A DNA stretch of 64,000 nucleotides from an uncultured Nitrospiraceae bacterium (lineage in GTDB: Bacteria; Nitrospirota; Thermodesulfovibrionia; Thermodesulfovibrionales; SM23-35): NCBI GenBank assembly GCA_937138415.1, contig CAKZPA010000040.1, positions 9 through 64,008 on the forward strand, given 5' to 3'. Every line of letters starts with the position of its first letter. The first letter of the stretch is position 1. The notes under the pieces are model-generated. The model made no database searches, was not told the DNA's origin, and saw nothing but the letters and a program-made list of their open reading frames with translations. The position numbers were made by a program, and so were the translations under genes. Shown one piece after another: positions 8,649 to 19,329 of the stretch.

Positions 8649-9845
8649 ATGAAAAGGACTATTGTTTTTATCTGTGGAATGCTCTCCGCTCTGTGCTGTC
8701 TGCCCTTCTTGACGGGCTGCGGGAAAAAGGAAGCACAGACCGTTGTCGAGCGCGTCGTCGCCGTGGCGGTACACCCGGTCGAGAAGCGGTTGCTCCGGCC
8801 GTTCGTGCAGTCCGTCGGCACGCTCCTCCCGAATGAAGAGGTGGTGTTGAGCGCGGAACTCGACGGTATCCTGAAAGAGCTTCGCGTCAAAGAGGGTTCC
8901 CTTGTCTCGAAGGGGCAGCTCCTCGCCATCATCGACGATGCCGACTACGTTCTGGAGGTGAAACGCGCAGAATCTGCCGTACGACAAGCGGAGGCGACGC
9001 TCGCACATGCGAAGGCGGAGTTTCAGAGGAAAGAGGCTCTCTACAAGGAGCAGCTGGTGACCCAGCAACAATTCGACGACATTTCGACGAGGGTCTCGCT
9101 CGCAGAGGCGGAGCTCGAGCGGGCGAAAGCGTCCCTCGCCCTCGCCCGGCAAAAGCTTTCGAAGACGAGAATCCTTGCGCCGCTGTCAGGCGCGGTGAAG
9201 GAAAAGAAGGTGGAGCGCGGTAATTTTGTGAAGAACGGCACCCCTCTCCTGACGGTCATCAACAGCGATCCGATCAAGCTCACCTTCACGGTGACGGAGC
9301 GTGACCTGAGCAGACTGAAGAAGAATCAGGAGGTCATCTTTACGGTCGCCGCCTATCCGGCGAAAGAATTCACGGGAAAGGTGAGGACGATTTACCCGAG
9401 TCTCGCCGAGGATACCCGCTCGCTCCAGGTGGAAGCGCTCGCGCCGAACCGGGACGGGCTCCTCAGACCTGGGCTTTTCGCGCAGGTTGTCGTGTACACC
9501 GGTGAGGAACGGGAGACGATTGTCGTGCCCGCGACATCGCTGCTGTACGAAGGCGAGAGCGTGCGCGTGTTCGTCGCGGATGGCGAGCGCGCGCGAGAGC
9601 GAGTCGTGCGGATAGGACAGCAGTACAAATTGCAGGTCACGGATTCCGCATCCGGGACGCGGAGCGCTGGAGAAAGGAGCGCGGACGGTCGTCACGCGGC
9701 CGGGCCGGGGAAGGAAACGCGGGAGTTTACGGAAGTGACGGAGGGAGTGTCGCCCGGTGAACAGGTCATCACGGTAGGACAACAACATCTTTTCGATGGC
9801 GCAAAGATCGGGATCGTGAGCGGCGCGGCGGTCGGGAACTTATAG
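8649..9845 (+). CDS. RND efflux membrane fusion (periplasmic adaptor) lipoprotein
   Basis: Lipobox LTGC, lipoyl halves VKEGSLVSKGQLL and ILAPLSG, LRPGLF. Confidence 0.92.
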   Translation: MKRTIVFICGMLSALCCLPFLTGCGKKEAQTVVERVVAVAVHPVEKRLLRPFVQSVGTLLPNEEVVLSAELDGILKELRVKEGSLVSKGQLLAIIDDADYVLEVKRAESAVRQAEATLAHAKAEFQRKEALYKEQLVTQQQFDDISTRVSLAEAELERAKASLALARQKLSKTRILAPLSGAVKEKKVERGNFVKNGTPLLTVINSDPIKLTFTVTERDLSRLKKNQEVIFTVAAYPAKEFTGKVRTIYPSLAEDTRSLQVEALAPNRDGLLRPGLFAQVVVYTGEERETIVVPATSLLYEGESVRVFVADGERARERVVRIGQQYKLQVTDSASGTRSAGERSADGRHAAGPGKETREFTEVTEGVSPGEQVITVGQQHLFDGAKIGIVSGAAVGNL

Positions 9846-9846
9846 A

Positions 9847-12800
9847 ATGTGGCTCGCTGATACGTCCATACGGAGACCCGTTTTTGCCACGATGGTGATC
9901 CTCGCTCTGGTGGTTCTCGGCGCCGTGAGTTATCCGAGGATCGGCGTCGATTTATTCCCGAAAGTCGAATTCCCGATCGTGAACATCACGACGGTTCTCA
10001 GAGGAGCGAGCCCCGAGATCATGGATATCGACGTGACGGAACAGATCGAAGGCGCGGTCAATACGATCAACGGCGTGAAGAGCATTGTCTCGTCGAGCAC
10101 CGAGGGCGTCTCCGTCGTTTCCGTCGAATTCGTGCTGGAACGCGATATCGAGCAGGCGGTTCAGGACGTTCGTGAGAAAGTAGCCGTCATACGCGGAAAG
10201 TTGCCGAAAGATATCGACGATCCGATCATCGAAAAGGTTGACCCGGATGCGACGCCGATCATGTGGTTCGGGCTTTCCGGCGAGAGATCCATCAGGGAAA
10301 TTTCGACGTACGCGGACGAGGTCTTGAAAGAGCAGTTCCAGAAAATAACCGGCGTCGGCGCGGTCCGCACGGGAGGACTGAGGTTGCGGCAGGTGAGGGT
10401 CTGGCTCGACCGTGATCGTCTGAAGGCCTACGGCATCTCTCCTTCCGATGTGATGCGCGCCCTCGAACGACAGAACATCGAACTCCCCGGGGGGCGGATC
10501 GAGAGCGATACGAAAGAGTACACGGTGAAGATCAAGGGAGAGTTTCCCACGGTCCGCGACTTCAACAGTCTTATCGTTGCCTATTCGGGAGGCGTCCCGG
10601 TCAGAGTGAGCGACATCGGCAGGGCCGAGGACTCGATGCAGGAGAAGCGCTCCATCGTGCGGTTCAACGGTATGCCCGCGGTAGGCCTCGGAATTCAGAA
10701 GCAGTCGGGCACGAATACGGTGGAGGTCATCGACCGCATCAAGAGGGAGCTACCGTCCATCCGCGAATCGCTGCCTCCCGGCATGCACCTCGAGATATCG
10801 TTCGATCAGTCCGATTTCATCCGCCGTTCGATACGGGAAGTGCAGCACCACATGATTTACGGCGGACTGTTGGCGATCTTCATTGTCTTCATATTTCTGA
10901 AGGACGTGCGGACGACGCTCATCAGTGCGCTCGCTATTCCGACGTCGGTCGTCGCGACGTTCACGCTCATGAATGTGTTCGACTTCACCTTCAATAACAT
11001 GACCATGCTCGCGCTCTCTCTTTCGATCGGCATCCTCATCGATGATGCGATCATCGTCATCGAGAACATTCGCAGGCACATCGACAGGGGGATGGCGCCG
11101 AGAGAGGCGGCTTCTTTTGCCACGCGCGAGATCGGCCTCGCGGTCATGGCGACCACGCTTGCGATCGTCGCGATATTTCTGCCGGTCGCGTTCATGAAAG
11201 GGATCGTCGGGAGATTCTTTCTCCAGTTTGCCTTGACCGTCGTTTTTTCGGTTATGGTGTCTCTCTTCGTTTCGTTCACATTGACGCCGATGATGGCGTC
11301 ACGTTACCTCAAAGCCGGCGCGGGCAGCGAACGATCACCGCACTCGAACGCGGATGGCCTCTCCGGCTCCGGAGCGTCAGGCAATCCAGGCGGCGCGAGA
11401 AGGCTCCTCTCCGCCGTCTCCGCCTCGCTCGAACGGTGGTACCACAAACTTGAGGTTTCGTACGCCGCTGTGCTCGCGATTGCGCTGCAACACCGGGCAC
11501 TCACGGTCAGCCTCGCGGGTGCCGTCTTTCTCGCGAGCATGGCGCTGACGTTTTTCCTCGGAAAGGAATTCGTTCCCCAGGAGGATCAGTCACGATTTCT
11601 CGTGCGGTTGAAAGCTCCGGTCGACTATTCGGTCGATGAGATCGACAGGCTCTTCAGGAAGGCCGAGGATATCGTCCGGTCAACCCCGGAGGTGAAAACC
11701 TGCTTTTACGCACAGGGGCTCACGTCAGGCCAGGTGAACAGGGGCGTCATGTTCATCTCGCTGAAACCCAAGTCGGAGCGCCAGAAAACGCAGCAGGAAA
11801 TCATGGCGGAAGTGCGAAAGAAGATGCGAAACATCGCGGGGCTCGACGCAACGGCTGAAGATGTCTCTCTCATCGGCGGCGGAATCAGGAATGTGCCGAT
11901 CCAGTATTCCGTGAGGGGGAGCGACCTGAAAGCGGTTCAGGAGTATTCCCAGCGGATTGTATCCGAATTTGCGAAACTGCCGGGCATCGTGGACGTGGAC
12001 ACCTCGCTCGAGTCCGGGAAGCCGGAAATCCGTGTCTTCATCGACAGGGATAAGGCTGCGGATTTGGGAGTCGATATCGCAACTGTGGCGGAGGCGGTGA
12101 ATTTTCTGATCGGCGGCGAAGTGGACGTGACCAAATACAAAGATGAGGCAAAAGGTCGGCGGTACGACGTCAGAGCCAGATTGACGGCGGAGAACAGGGC
12201 TAACCCCGAGGACATCCGAAGACTGTACGTCCGGTCGCGCGACGGGAAACTGGTGGAACTCTCCAATATCGTCTCGATCCAGGAGGCTGGGGGGCCGAGC
12301 GTGATCAACAGGGTTGATCGGCTCAGGGCGGTGACCGTTTTCGCGAATCTCGAAGGGAAGCCGCTCGGTCAGGCGAAAGCGGAACTCGATGCGCTCGCAC
12401 AGAAGGTGTTGCCGCCCGGCTATTCCGGTGTTTACAAGGGGGCGGCCGACGTCATGGGGGAGACGTTCTCCTATCTCATGTTCGCGATCGTGCTCGGAGC
12501 CGTACTGGCGTACATGATCCTCGCGGCGCAGTTCGAAAGTTTCGTCCACCCGGTGACGGTTCTCGTGTCGATGCCGCTTTCTTTCATCGGGGCTTTTGGG
12601 GCGCTCCTTCTCACGGGCAATACCATCAACCTCTTCAGTTTCATCGGCCTCATCCTCCTCATGGGGCTCGTGAAGAAGAACGCGATCCTCCTTATCGATT
12701 ACACGAATACCTTACGCACCCGCGGAATGGGCAGGAGGGAGGCGATACTGGCAGCGGGACCGGTCCGGCTGCGGCCTATCCTCATGACGACGTTTGCGAT

Positions 12801-12987
12801 CGTCTTCGGCATGTTGCCGATCGCGCTGGGCATCGGGGAGGGTGCGGAGACGAGGGCGCCGATGGCGATCGCGACGACCGGCGGTCTCATCACGTCCCTC
12901 CTTCTGACCCTCGTCGTCGTGCCGGCGATGTACGACATCTTCGATGAATGGCAGGAGAAGTTGACGAGGCGGACATCGGTAACGTGA
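9847..12987 (+). CDS. RND efflux permease (AcrB/MdtBC family)
   Basis: 1046 aa; IRRPVFA, GILIDDAIIVIENI, GLVKKNAILL and RLRPILMTT motifs. Confidence 0.96.
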   Translation: MWLADTSIRRPVFATMVILALVVLGAVSYPRIGVDLFPKVEFPIVNITTVLRGASPEIMDIDVTEQIEGAVNTINGVKSIVSSSTEGVSVVSVEFVLERDIEQAVQDVREKVAVIRGKLPKDIDDPIIEKVDPDATPIMWFGLSGERSIREISTYADEVLKEQFQKITGVGAVRTGGLRLRQVRVWLDRDRLKAYGISPSDVMRALERQNIELPGGRIESDTKEYTVKIKGEFPTVRDFNSLIVAYSGGVPVRVSDIGRAEDSMQEKRSIVRFNGMPAVGLGIQKQSGTNTVEVIDRIKRELPSIRESLPPGMHLEISFDQSDFIRRSIREVQHHMIYGGLLAIFIVFIFLKDVRTTLISALAIPTSVVATFTLMNVFDFTFNNMTMLALSLSIGILIDDAIIVIENIRRHIDRGMAPREAASFATREIGLAVMATTLAIVAIFLPVAFMKGIVGRFFLQFALTVVFSVMVSLFVSFTLTPMMASRYLKAGAGSERSPHSNADGLSGSGASGNPGGARRLLSAVSASLERWYHKLEVSYAAVLAIALQHRALTVSLAGAVFLASMALTFFLGKEFVPQEDQSRFLVRLKAPVDYSVDEIDRLFRKAEDIVRSTPEVKTCFYAQGLTSGQVNRGVMFISLKPKSERQKTQQEIMAEVRKKMRNIAGLDATAEDVSLIGGGIRNVPIQYSVRGSDLKAVQEYSQRIVSEFAKLPGIVDVDTSLESGKPEIRVFIDRDKAADLGVDIATVAEAVNFLIGGEVDVTKYKDEAKGRRYDVRARLTAENRANPEDIRRLYVRSRDGKLVELSNIVSIQEAGGPSVINRVDRLRAVTVFANLEGKPLGQAKAELDALAQKVLPPGYSGVYKGAADVMGETFSYLMFAIVLGAVLAYMILAAQFESFVHPVTVLVSMPLSFIGAFGALLLTGNTINLFSFIGLILLMGLVKKNAILLIDYTNTLRTRGMGRREAILAAGPVRLRPILMTTFAIVFGMLPIALGIGEGAETRAPMAIATTGGLITSLLLTLVVVPAMYDIFDEWQEKLTRRTSVT

Positions 12988-13443
12988 GGGAGGGCAGCGC
13001 GTGGAATTTACGGTCGACGCTTATCCGGAGCAGGCTTTCACCGGCGCCGTCAGTCAGGTGAGGAACGCTCCGATGACGTCCAGAATGTCGTGACCTACGA
13101 TGTGGTGATCCGGGTATCGAATCCGGAACTGAAGCTGAAGCCCGGGATGACCGCAAATGTATCCATTATCATCGCGACGAAAAGAGACGTCCTCAAGATC
13201 CCGAGTGCGGCGCTCCGTTTCAAACCTTCCGAAAGGACGGCAGTCCTCCCGGACAGGAAAGGGCCGGGCGTGTGGGCGCTCGACGGTGGCGCGCTGAAGA
13301 GGGTTCCCATCTCCCTCGGAATAAGCGATGAGAATTCGACGGACTCGTCGCGGGAAACGTGCGCGAGGGCGAAGAACTGATCGTCGAGTCGCTCGCGAAG
13401 AAGAAAACGCAGACAACCGCAGGCCCGCCGAGAACGTTCTGAT
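12988..13443 (+). pseudogene. C-terminal remnant of a MacA-type membrane fusion protein
   Basis: QRVEFTVDAYPEQAFTGAVSQVRNAP, frameshift, VQNVVTYDVVI...KLKPGMTANV...KIPSAALRF. The N-terminal two thirds are absent. Confidence 0.8.
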
Positions 13444-14135
13444 ATGGATGTGATCGTCGTGCGCGAGGTGACAAAGGTCTACCAGATCGGCGACATTCGG
13501 GTCAAAGCGCTCGACGCGGTCTCCCTGTCGATCGCGAGGGGAGAGTTCGTCGCGGTCATGGGACCTTCCGGTTCCGGGAAATCTTCCTTTATGAATATTT
13601 TCGGCTGTCTCGACACGCCAACACAGGGGGACTATTTTCTCGACGGTGTCAAGGTCAGCGGTCTTGACCGTGACGAGAGGGCCGAGATCAGGAACAAGAA
13701 AATCGGGTTTGTGTTCCAGAGGTTCAACCTCCTCCCGAGGGCCTCCGCACTTGAAAATGTCGAACTCCCCTTACTCTATAACGGGCAGCCGTCGGAGGAG
13801 AGGAGAAACGGGCGAGGGAAGCGCTCGCTGTCGTCGGCCTCGCGGGGAGAGAAGACCATCGTCCGACGCAGCTTTCGGGAGGGGAACAACAGAGGGTGGC
13901 GATCGCTCGCGCGCTCGTCAACAGGGCACCGATTCTCCTCGCGGACGAGCCGACCGGGAATCTCGACACGAAAGCGAGCGCCGGTATCATGGAACTCTTT
14001 ACCGCGTTGAACGAGGAGGGGAAGATCACGATCGTGCTGGTGACGCACGAGGTCGACATCGCCGCATACAGCCGTCGGATTATCCGTTTCCTGGATGGCC
14101 GGATCATAAGCGACGAGGCGAGGGCGACGCAATGA
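13444..14135 (+). pseudogene. Frameshifted MacB/LolD-type ABC ATPase
   Basis: Walker [10 protein letters not shown] is in ORF 13444-14010, while AIARAL, Walker [13 protein letters not shown] and VTHE are in another frame (13896-14135). Confidence 0.88.
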
Positions 14136-15186
14136 CGACCTGTCTTCGACCGTACGGATATCCCTGAGAGCGCTGCGTGCCAACACGATGCGGTCAGCGC
14201 TCACGATGCTCGGTATCATAATCAGGGTGGGGGCCGTCATCACGATGCTCGCCGTGGGAAGCGGTGCGAGCAGGAGGATTGCCGAACAGATGTCGACGAT
14301 CGGCAGCAATCTCGTCATGGTTCTTCCGGGGGCGACGCCCGGCATGCTCATCGTGCGGGACTGGCCCCTCTCCTCCGGCAGGCCCTTCACGGAGCAGGAC
14401 GTGAAGAGCGCGTCGAAGGTCTGCCTCCTCGGGCAGACCGTTGCGGACAATCTGTTCAGCGATATGAATCCCATCGGGGAGGTCGTCCGCATCAAGAGGG
14501 TGCCGTTCACGATCGTCGGGATCCTTTCGGTGAAGGGGCAGTCGCCTCAGGGACAGGATCAGGACGATACGATTTACGTCCCCGTGACGACGGCCCAGAA
14601 AAAGCTCTTCGGGACGCCCTTGCCGGGCATGGTGCGGACGATCATGGCGAAGGCGAGAAGCACCGACGATCTTCCCGCGGCCGAGAGGCAGGTGGCGGAT
14701 TTGCTGAAGCAGAGGCACCATATCGGTCCGAAACAGGAGAACGACTTTACGGTGCGAAACCTGACGTCGATAATGCAAACCGCGGAGCAATCGACGAGGA
14801 TCATGACGATCCTGCTCGGTGCGATCGCTTCGATATCGCTCGTCGTGGGCGGGATCGGCATCATGAATATCATGCTCGTCTCGGTGACGGAGCGGACGAG
14901 GGAGATCGGCATCCGCATGGCTACCGGCGCGAAGACGTGGAACATCAGACTGCAGTTTCTCATCGAGTCGGTTCTGCTCTCGTTCATCGGAGGGGTTGCG
15001 GGGATCGCCCTCGGTATCCTCGCGTCCCGCGTCATTTCGGCCATTGTCGGCTGGCCGACCGTCGTGTCGCTCTTCTCGGTCGTTCTCGCCTTCGGGTTCT
15101 CAGGGCTCGTCGGCATCTTCTTCGGGTTTTACCCGGCGTACAAGGCGTCGCTCCTCGATCCGATCGAGGCGCTCCGCTATGAATAG
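14132..15186 (+). pseudogene. MacB/FtsX-family ABC permease, damaged
   Basis: ATG 14132 is out of frame with the body (LRALRANTMRSALTMLG). The conserved IIIGV reads IIIRV, and the periplasmic domain appears shortened at LPGATPGMLIVRDW. The C-terminal GGIGIMNIM...ERTREIGIR...PIEALRYE is intact. Confidence 0.75.
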
Positions 15187-15309
15187 GGACATGGCTCTTT
15201 CGTATGCGCGTATTGGGGCATGCGGCGTGAACGACGGGTATGCCGGCCTTCGTTCGCTCGTCCGCCGATGTAGTAACATATAACACCGATAACACCGAAG
15301 GCAGGAACT

Positions 15310-16416
15310 ATGGAAGAGGCGAAGACAGACGCAAGACCGTCGCATAACGCGAGGAGGAAGAGGGTAGGCCTCCTCATCCTCGGCGTCACTGTTCTGATCG
15401 GTATCGTGGCACTCCTCGTGTATCTCCGGTACAAAGCGACCCATATCACGACCGATAACGCGTTTATCGAGGGTCGCGTCCATACGATATCCGCAAAGAT
15501 CAGGGGGTCTGTCATCGGTGTACACGTCCAGGATAATGAGGGGGTAAAGAAGGGCGACCTCCTCATCGAAATCGACCCTGCTGATTACGCCGTGAGAGTG
15601 AGCGAGGCGCGCGCAGGCGTAACCGCCGAGCAGTCGAAGCTGAGCGAGGTGGAGGCGCGCATCCGGGTGGTGTCCGTGCAGAGGGAAGAGCTGAAGGCCT
15701 CGGTGGAAGCGGCACGTGCGCAGCTTGCCCTTCAGGAAGCGAACCTGGAGCAGGCGAAGAAGGACGCGGCGCGCGCGGAAAATCTCTTCGCGCGCGGGAC
15801 GATTTCCAAAGACCGGTACGAGAAAGCGCAGACGGCGTACTCGGTCGCCGCGGCACAGGCGAAGGCGGCTCGAGAGCAGTTAACGCAGGCCGAGAAGGCG
15901 CTCGAGACCCAGATGGAGGTCCTGAAGCAGACGGAGGCGCTTCGCAATGCCCAGCGCGCGGCGATCAAGGAGAAAGAGGCGAAGCTCGCTGCCGCTGAGC
16001 TCAACTACGGATATACCAAAATCTTCGCTCCCTCGGACGGTTACGTCACGAAGAAAGCCGTCGAGCTCGGGAACCACGTGGAAGTCGGTCAACCCCTCAT
16101 GGCGATCGTGGATCTCGACGACATCTGGGTCGTCGCGAATTACAAGGAGACACAGCTCGAAAAGGTTCGTCCGGGGCAGAAGGTACGTTTCACGGTCGAT
16201 TCGTACCCGGGAAGGACGTTTACAGGAAGGGTGGAGAGCATCATGTCGGGAACCGGGGCTGTTTTTTCCCTTTTCCCCCCGGAGAACGCAACGGGCAATT
16301 ATGTCAAGGTGGTGCAGCGGATACCGGTGAAGATCGTTCTCGACCAAGGAGCAGACCGGGATTGCGTCCTCAGAATCGGCATGTCGGTCATTCCGACGAT
16401 CCTCGTCAACGAATGA
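15310..16416 (+). CDS. EmrA/HlyD family secretion adaptor
   Basis: TTDNAFIEG, ANYKETQL and FSLFPPENATGNYVKVVQRIPV motifs. Confidence 0.93.
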   Translation: MEEAKTDARPSHNARRKRVGLLILGVTVLIGIVALLVYLRYKATHITTDNAFIEGRVHTISAKIRGSVIGVHVQDNEGVKKGDLLIEIDPADYAVRVSEARAGVTAEQSKLSEVEARIRVVSVQREELKASVEAARAQLALQEANLEQAKKDAARAENLFARGTISKDRYEKAQTAYSVAAAQAKAAREQLTQAEKALETQMEVLKQTEALRNAQRAAIKEKEAKLAAAELNYGYTKIFAPSDGYVTKKAVELGNHVEVGQPLMAIVDLDDIWVVANYKETQLEKVRPGQKVRFTVDSYPGRTFTGRVESIMSGTGAVFSLFPPENATGNYVKVVQRIPVKIVLDQGADRDCVLRIGMSVIPTILVNE

Positions 16417-16590
16417 GGGTACCGAGGGGATGGGGCCTCGATGATTCGGGCGGAGAAGCACCGGATAGGGAAGGCTGTCCGCTCCGATACGTTCTCTCGA
16501 TCCACTCGGATGTCGTGCGACGTTCACATCCTGCACGCCGTTCGCCCATGGTAACGTGAATCCTCCGAGCCCCGAATTCTGCCTCTCTCC

Positions 16591-18120
16591 ATGAATAAAT
16601 GGGTCATCGCTTTTACCGTCATGCTCCCGACCCTCATCGAGATTGTCGACACCTCTGTTGTCAACGTCGCACTCGATCACATTCGGGGCAGTCTCTCCGC
16701 GGGCGTCGACGAGTCGACGTGGACGATCACATCGTATCTCGTTTCGAATGCGATCGTCATCCCCATGACGGGGTGGCTGAGCAGACTCTTCGGCAGAAAG
16801 CGCTACCTCATTTTCTCGATCGCGATGTTCACGGTCAGTTCGTTTCTGTGCGGATCGGCCTGGAATCTCCAGAGCCTCGTTTTCTTCAGGGTGCTTCAAG
16901 GACTCGGAGGAGGCGCTTTGCAGCCGATCTCGCAGGCGATCCTCCTCGAGACATTTCCGCCCCATCAGCACGGCATTGCGATGGCGATCTTCGGCGTCGG
17001 GATCATGTTCGGACCGATCATCGGTCCCCTCCTCGGTGGATGGATCACGGATAATTGGTCCTGGCACTGGATATTCTTTATTAATGTCCCGATCGGCATC
17101 ATCTCGATTCTCCTCACAATTCTCTTCATTTCGGATCCACCCTACCTGAAGAGAGTGAAGATGAAAATAGACTACTGGGGACTCATGCTCCTCGCACTCG
17201 GTCTGGGCTGTCTCCAGATTGTTCTCGATAAGGGGCAGCAGGAAAATTGGTTCGATTCGAGCTTCATCGTCTGGCTGACCATTATTTCGGCGATCTCCCT
17301 CATTTTGTTCGTCTTCGTGGAGCTTGTAGCTGAATATCCGATCGTGAACTTGAAGGTCTTCAGAAATCGCACCTTCGCCGCGGGCAATGTCGTCATGTTC
17401 CTCGGTTTTTTCAATCTCTTCGCGAGCATTGTCCTCCTTCCCATTTACCTCCAGACGCTCATGGGCTACTCGGCGTTTCTCGCGGGGCTGGTCCTCGGAC
17501 CGGGCGGCATCGCGACCATGATGGCGCTCCCCATCGCCGGGAATCTCGTGAACCGGATCAACCCGAAGTATCTCCTCGTGTTCGGTATCATGGTGAATGC
17601 CTATGCGACGTATCTCATGTCACATTTCAATTTGTATGCAGACTTCCGTACCGTGATATGGCCGCGAATCGTCCTTGGCATCGGGATGGGTTTTTTCTTC
17701 ATTCCGCTCACGACGATGACGATGGCCGGCGTCCGGAGGGAGGATATGGGCAATGCCTCCGCCATTTACAATCTGCTCAGAAATCTCGGGGGGAGTGTCG
17801 GCGTCGCGTTCGTGACGACCATGCTCTCGCGGCGGGCCCAGTTCCACCAGAATCACCTCGTGGAACATCTCACGCCGTTCGATACTGCCTATCGGTTGTT
17901 CTCTGAACAGGCCGCCGGGTTCCTGCAGTATCGGGGCTTGCCGGATGCGATCTCCGAGCAGGGCGGGCTCTCGATGATTTACAGGGAACTTCTCCGCCAG
18001 GCTTCCATGAGGGCGTTCAATGACGCGTTCTTTATGACGTGTATAATAATGATATGCGTCCTGCCGCTCGTCTTCTTGATGAAACGGGGCACATCCGGCA
18101 CAGCCCCGGGGATGCACTGA
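16591..18120 (+). CDS. DHA2 family MFS efflux permease (EmrB-like)
   Basis: DTSVVNVAL, WTITSYL, RVLQGLGGG, GPIIGPLLGGWI...WIFFINVPIG; about 14 TM helices. Confidence 0.95.
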   Translation: MNKWVIAFTVMLPTLIEIVDTSVVNVALDHIRGSLSAGVDESTWTITSYLVSNAIVIPMTGWLSRLFGRKRYLIFSIAMFTVSSFLCGSAWNLQSLVFFRVLQGLGGGALQPISQAILLETFPPHQHGIAMAIFGVGIMFGPIIGPLLGGWITDNWSWHWIFFINVPIGIISILLTILFISDPPYLKRVKMKIDYWGLMLLALGLGCLQIVLDKGQQENWFDSSFIVWLTIISAISLILFVFVELVAEYPIVNLKVFRNRTFAAGNVVMFLGFFNLFASIVLLPIYLQTLMGYSAFLAGLVLGPGGIATMMALPIAGNLVNRINPKYLLVFGIMVNAYATYLMSHFNLYADFRTVIWPRIVLGIGMGFFFIPLTTMTMAGVRREDMGNASAIYNLLRNLGGSVGVAFVTTMLSRRAQFHQNHLVEHLTPFDTAYRLFSEQAAGFLQYRGLPDAISEQGGLSMIYRELLRQASMRAFNDAFFMTCIIMICVLPLVFLMKRGTSGTAPGMH

Positions 18121-18121
18121 G

Positions 18122-19282
18122 GTGACGCTCTTTCTCCTCGCGTTCTTTTTCCTCTACGGCCTCCTCCATGCGTACGCATTCCTGAAGCTGCGCGCGGCTT
18201 TTCCACTCGGCGTCGCGACGTCGCTCGGTATCGCAGCGTTCATGTTCGCAATGGTCACGGCACCAGGTATCGTACGGTTGGCGGAGAAGACGGGCTTTGA
18301 ACTTATCGCGCGCATGCTTTCCTGGGTCGGCTATTCGTGGATGGGGATCCTCTTTCTCTTCGTGGTGTGTTCCATCCTCGTGGGCCTCTATCGCCTCTGC
18401 ATCGTCGGGGTTGAGCTCTTCGTACGAAGGGACCTGACTCCCCTTCTCGTCTCGAGCCGGCGGGCATTCCTCCTGGCCGGAGTCGCTTCTCTCGCGATCG
18501 CCCTCTACGGCGCCTTTGAGGCGATGAATGTCCGCCTGGAGAAAATTACGGTCCGAACCCCGAAGATAACTCTCGAGACGGGGCCGGTGAGAATCGCCCA
18601 GATTTCTGATGTCCACCTCGGTCTGATCGTGAGAGAAGATCGGTTGAGGCGTATACTCGATGAGGTCGCGAAGGCGGAGCCGGACGTTCTCGTCTCGACA
18701 GGAGATCTCGTGGACGGACAGATCGACAATCTCTCTCTGCTTGCAGAGATGCTGCGGGCGATCGATCCGCCGTACGGCAAATACGCGATCACGGGGAACC
18801 ACGAATTCTACGCGGGGATCGAGCAAGCGACGCGGTTCGCCGAACAGGCGGGATTCAGGCTGCTCAGGGGCGAATGGGTGGATGTGGGCGGCGTGCTCGC
18901 GATCGCGGGTATCGACGATGTGCAGGCACGCGCGTTCGGGTTGTATCGCGGGAAGCCGGAGGAAGAGCTGCTCGCAGAGGTGCCTCGGGAGAGGTTCATC
19001 GTTCTCCTTAAGCACAGACCGATCGTCGAGGGAAGATCGCACGGCCGGTTCGATCTCCAGCTCTCTGGCCACACACACAAGGGACAGATCTTCCCTTTCA
19101 GCATCATCACAGGATTGTACTTCGTGAGGCAGGCTGGATTCGTTCCCTTGCCGAACGGTTCCGCTCTCTATGTGAGCAGAGGTTCGGGGACGTGGGGGCC
19201 CCCGATTCGGTTTCTCTCACCTCCCGAGGTGACGCTGATCGAACTCGTGCCGGAGGACGTGCGGGAAGAACGACCCTCGTGA
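18122..19282 (+). CDS. Membrane-anchored metallophosphoesterase
   Basis: DVH, TGDLVD, GNHE and SGHTH motifs after N-terminal TM helices. Confidence 0.92.
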   Translation: MTLFLLAFFFLYGLLHAYAFLKLRAAFPLGVATSLGIAAFMFAMVTAPGIVRLAEKTGFELIARMLSWVGYSWMGILFLFVVCSILVGLYRLCIVGVELFVRRDLTPLLVSSRRAFLLAGVASLAIALYGAFEAMNVRLEKITVRTPKITLETGPVRIAQISDVHLGLIVREDRLRRILDEVAKAEPDVLVSTGDLVDGQIDNLSLLAEMLRAIDPPYGKYAITGNHEFYAGIEQATRFAEQAGFRLLRGEWVDVGGVLAIAGIDDVQARAFGLYRGKPEEELLAEVPRERFIVLLKHRPIVEGRSHGRFDLQLSGHTHKGQIFPFSIITGLYFVRQAGFVPLPNGSALYVSRGSGTWGPPIRFLSPPEVTLIELVPEDVREERPS

Positions 19283-19298
19283 GGCATTTCGGAGGACG

Positions 19299-19322
19299 TT
19301 CGATATAAAATTCGATATAAAA
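19299..19322 (+). repeat. 12-bp perfect tandem duplication
   Basis: TTCGATATAAAA twice, immediately before the SD of the sigma-54 activator gene. Confidence 0.85.
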
Positions 19323-19329
19323 TAGGAGC

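Noticed and set aside
7134-9152. 672-aa minus-strand ORF, and similar long ORFs at 25065-26681, 28145-30775, 34559-36052, 43849-45507, 47234-49234 and 55344-57617
   Set aside because: Antisense shadows of well-supported genes in GC-rich DNA; no recognisable motifs.
15280-15298. Short direct repeat ATAACACCG x2 upstream of the emrA-like gene
   Set aside because: Too short to distinguish from chance slippage; no second occurrence noticed.
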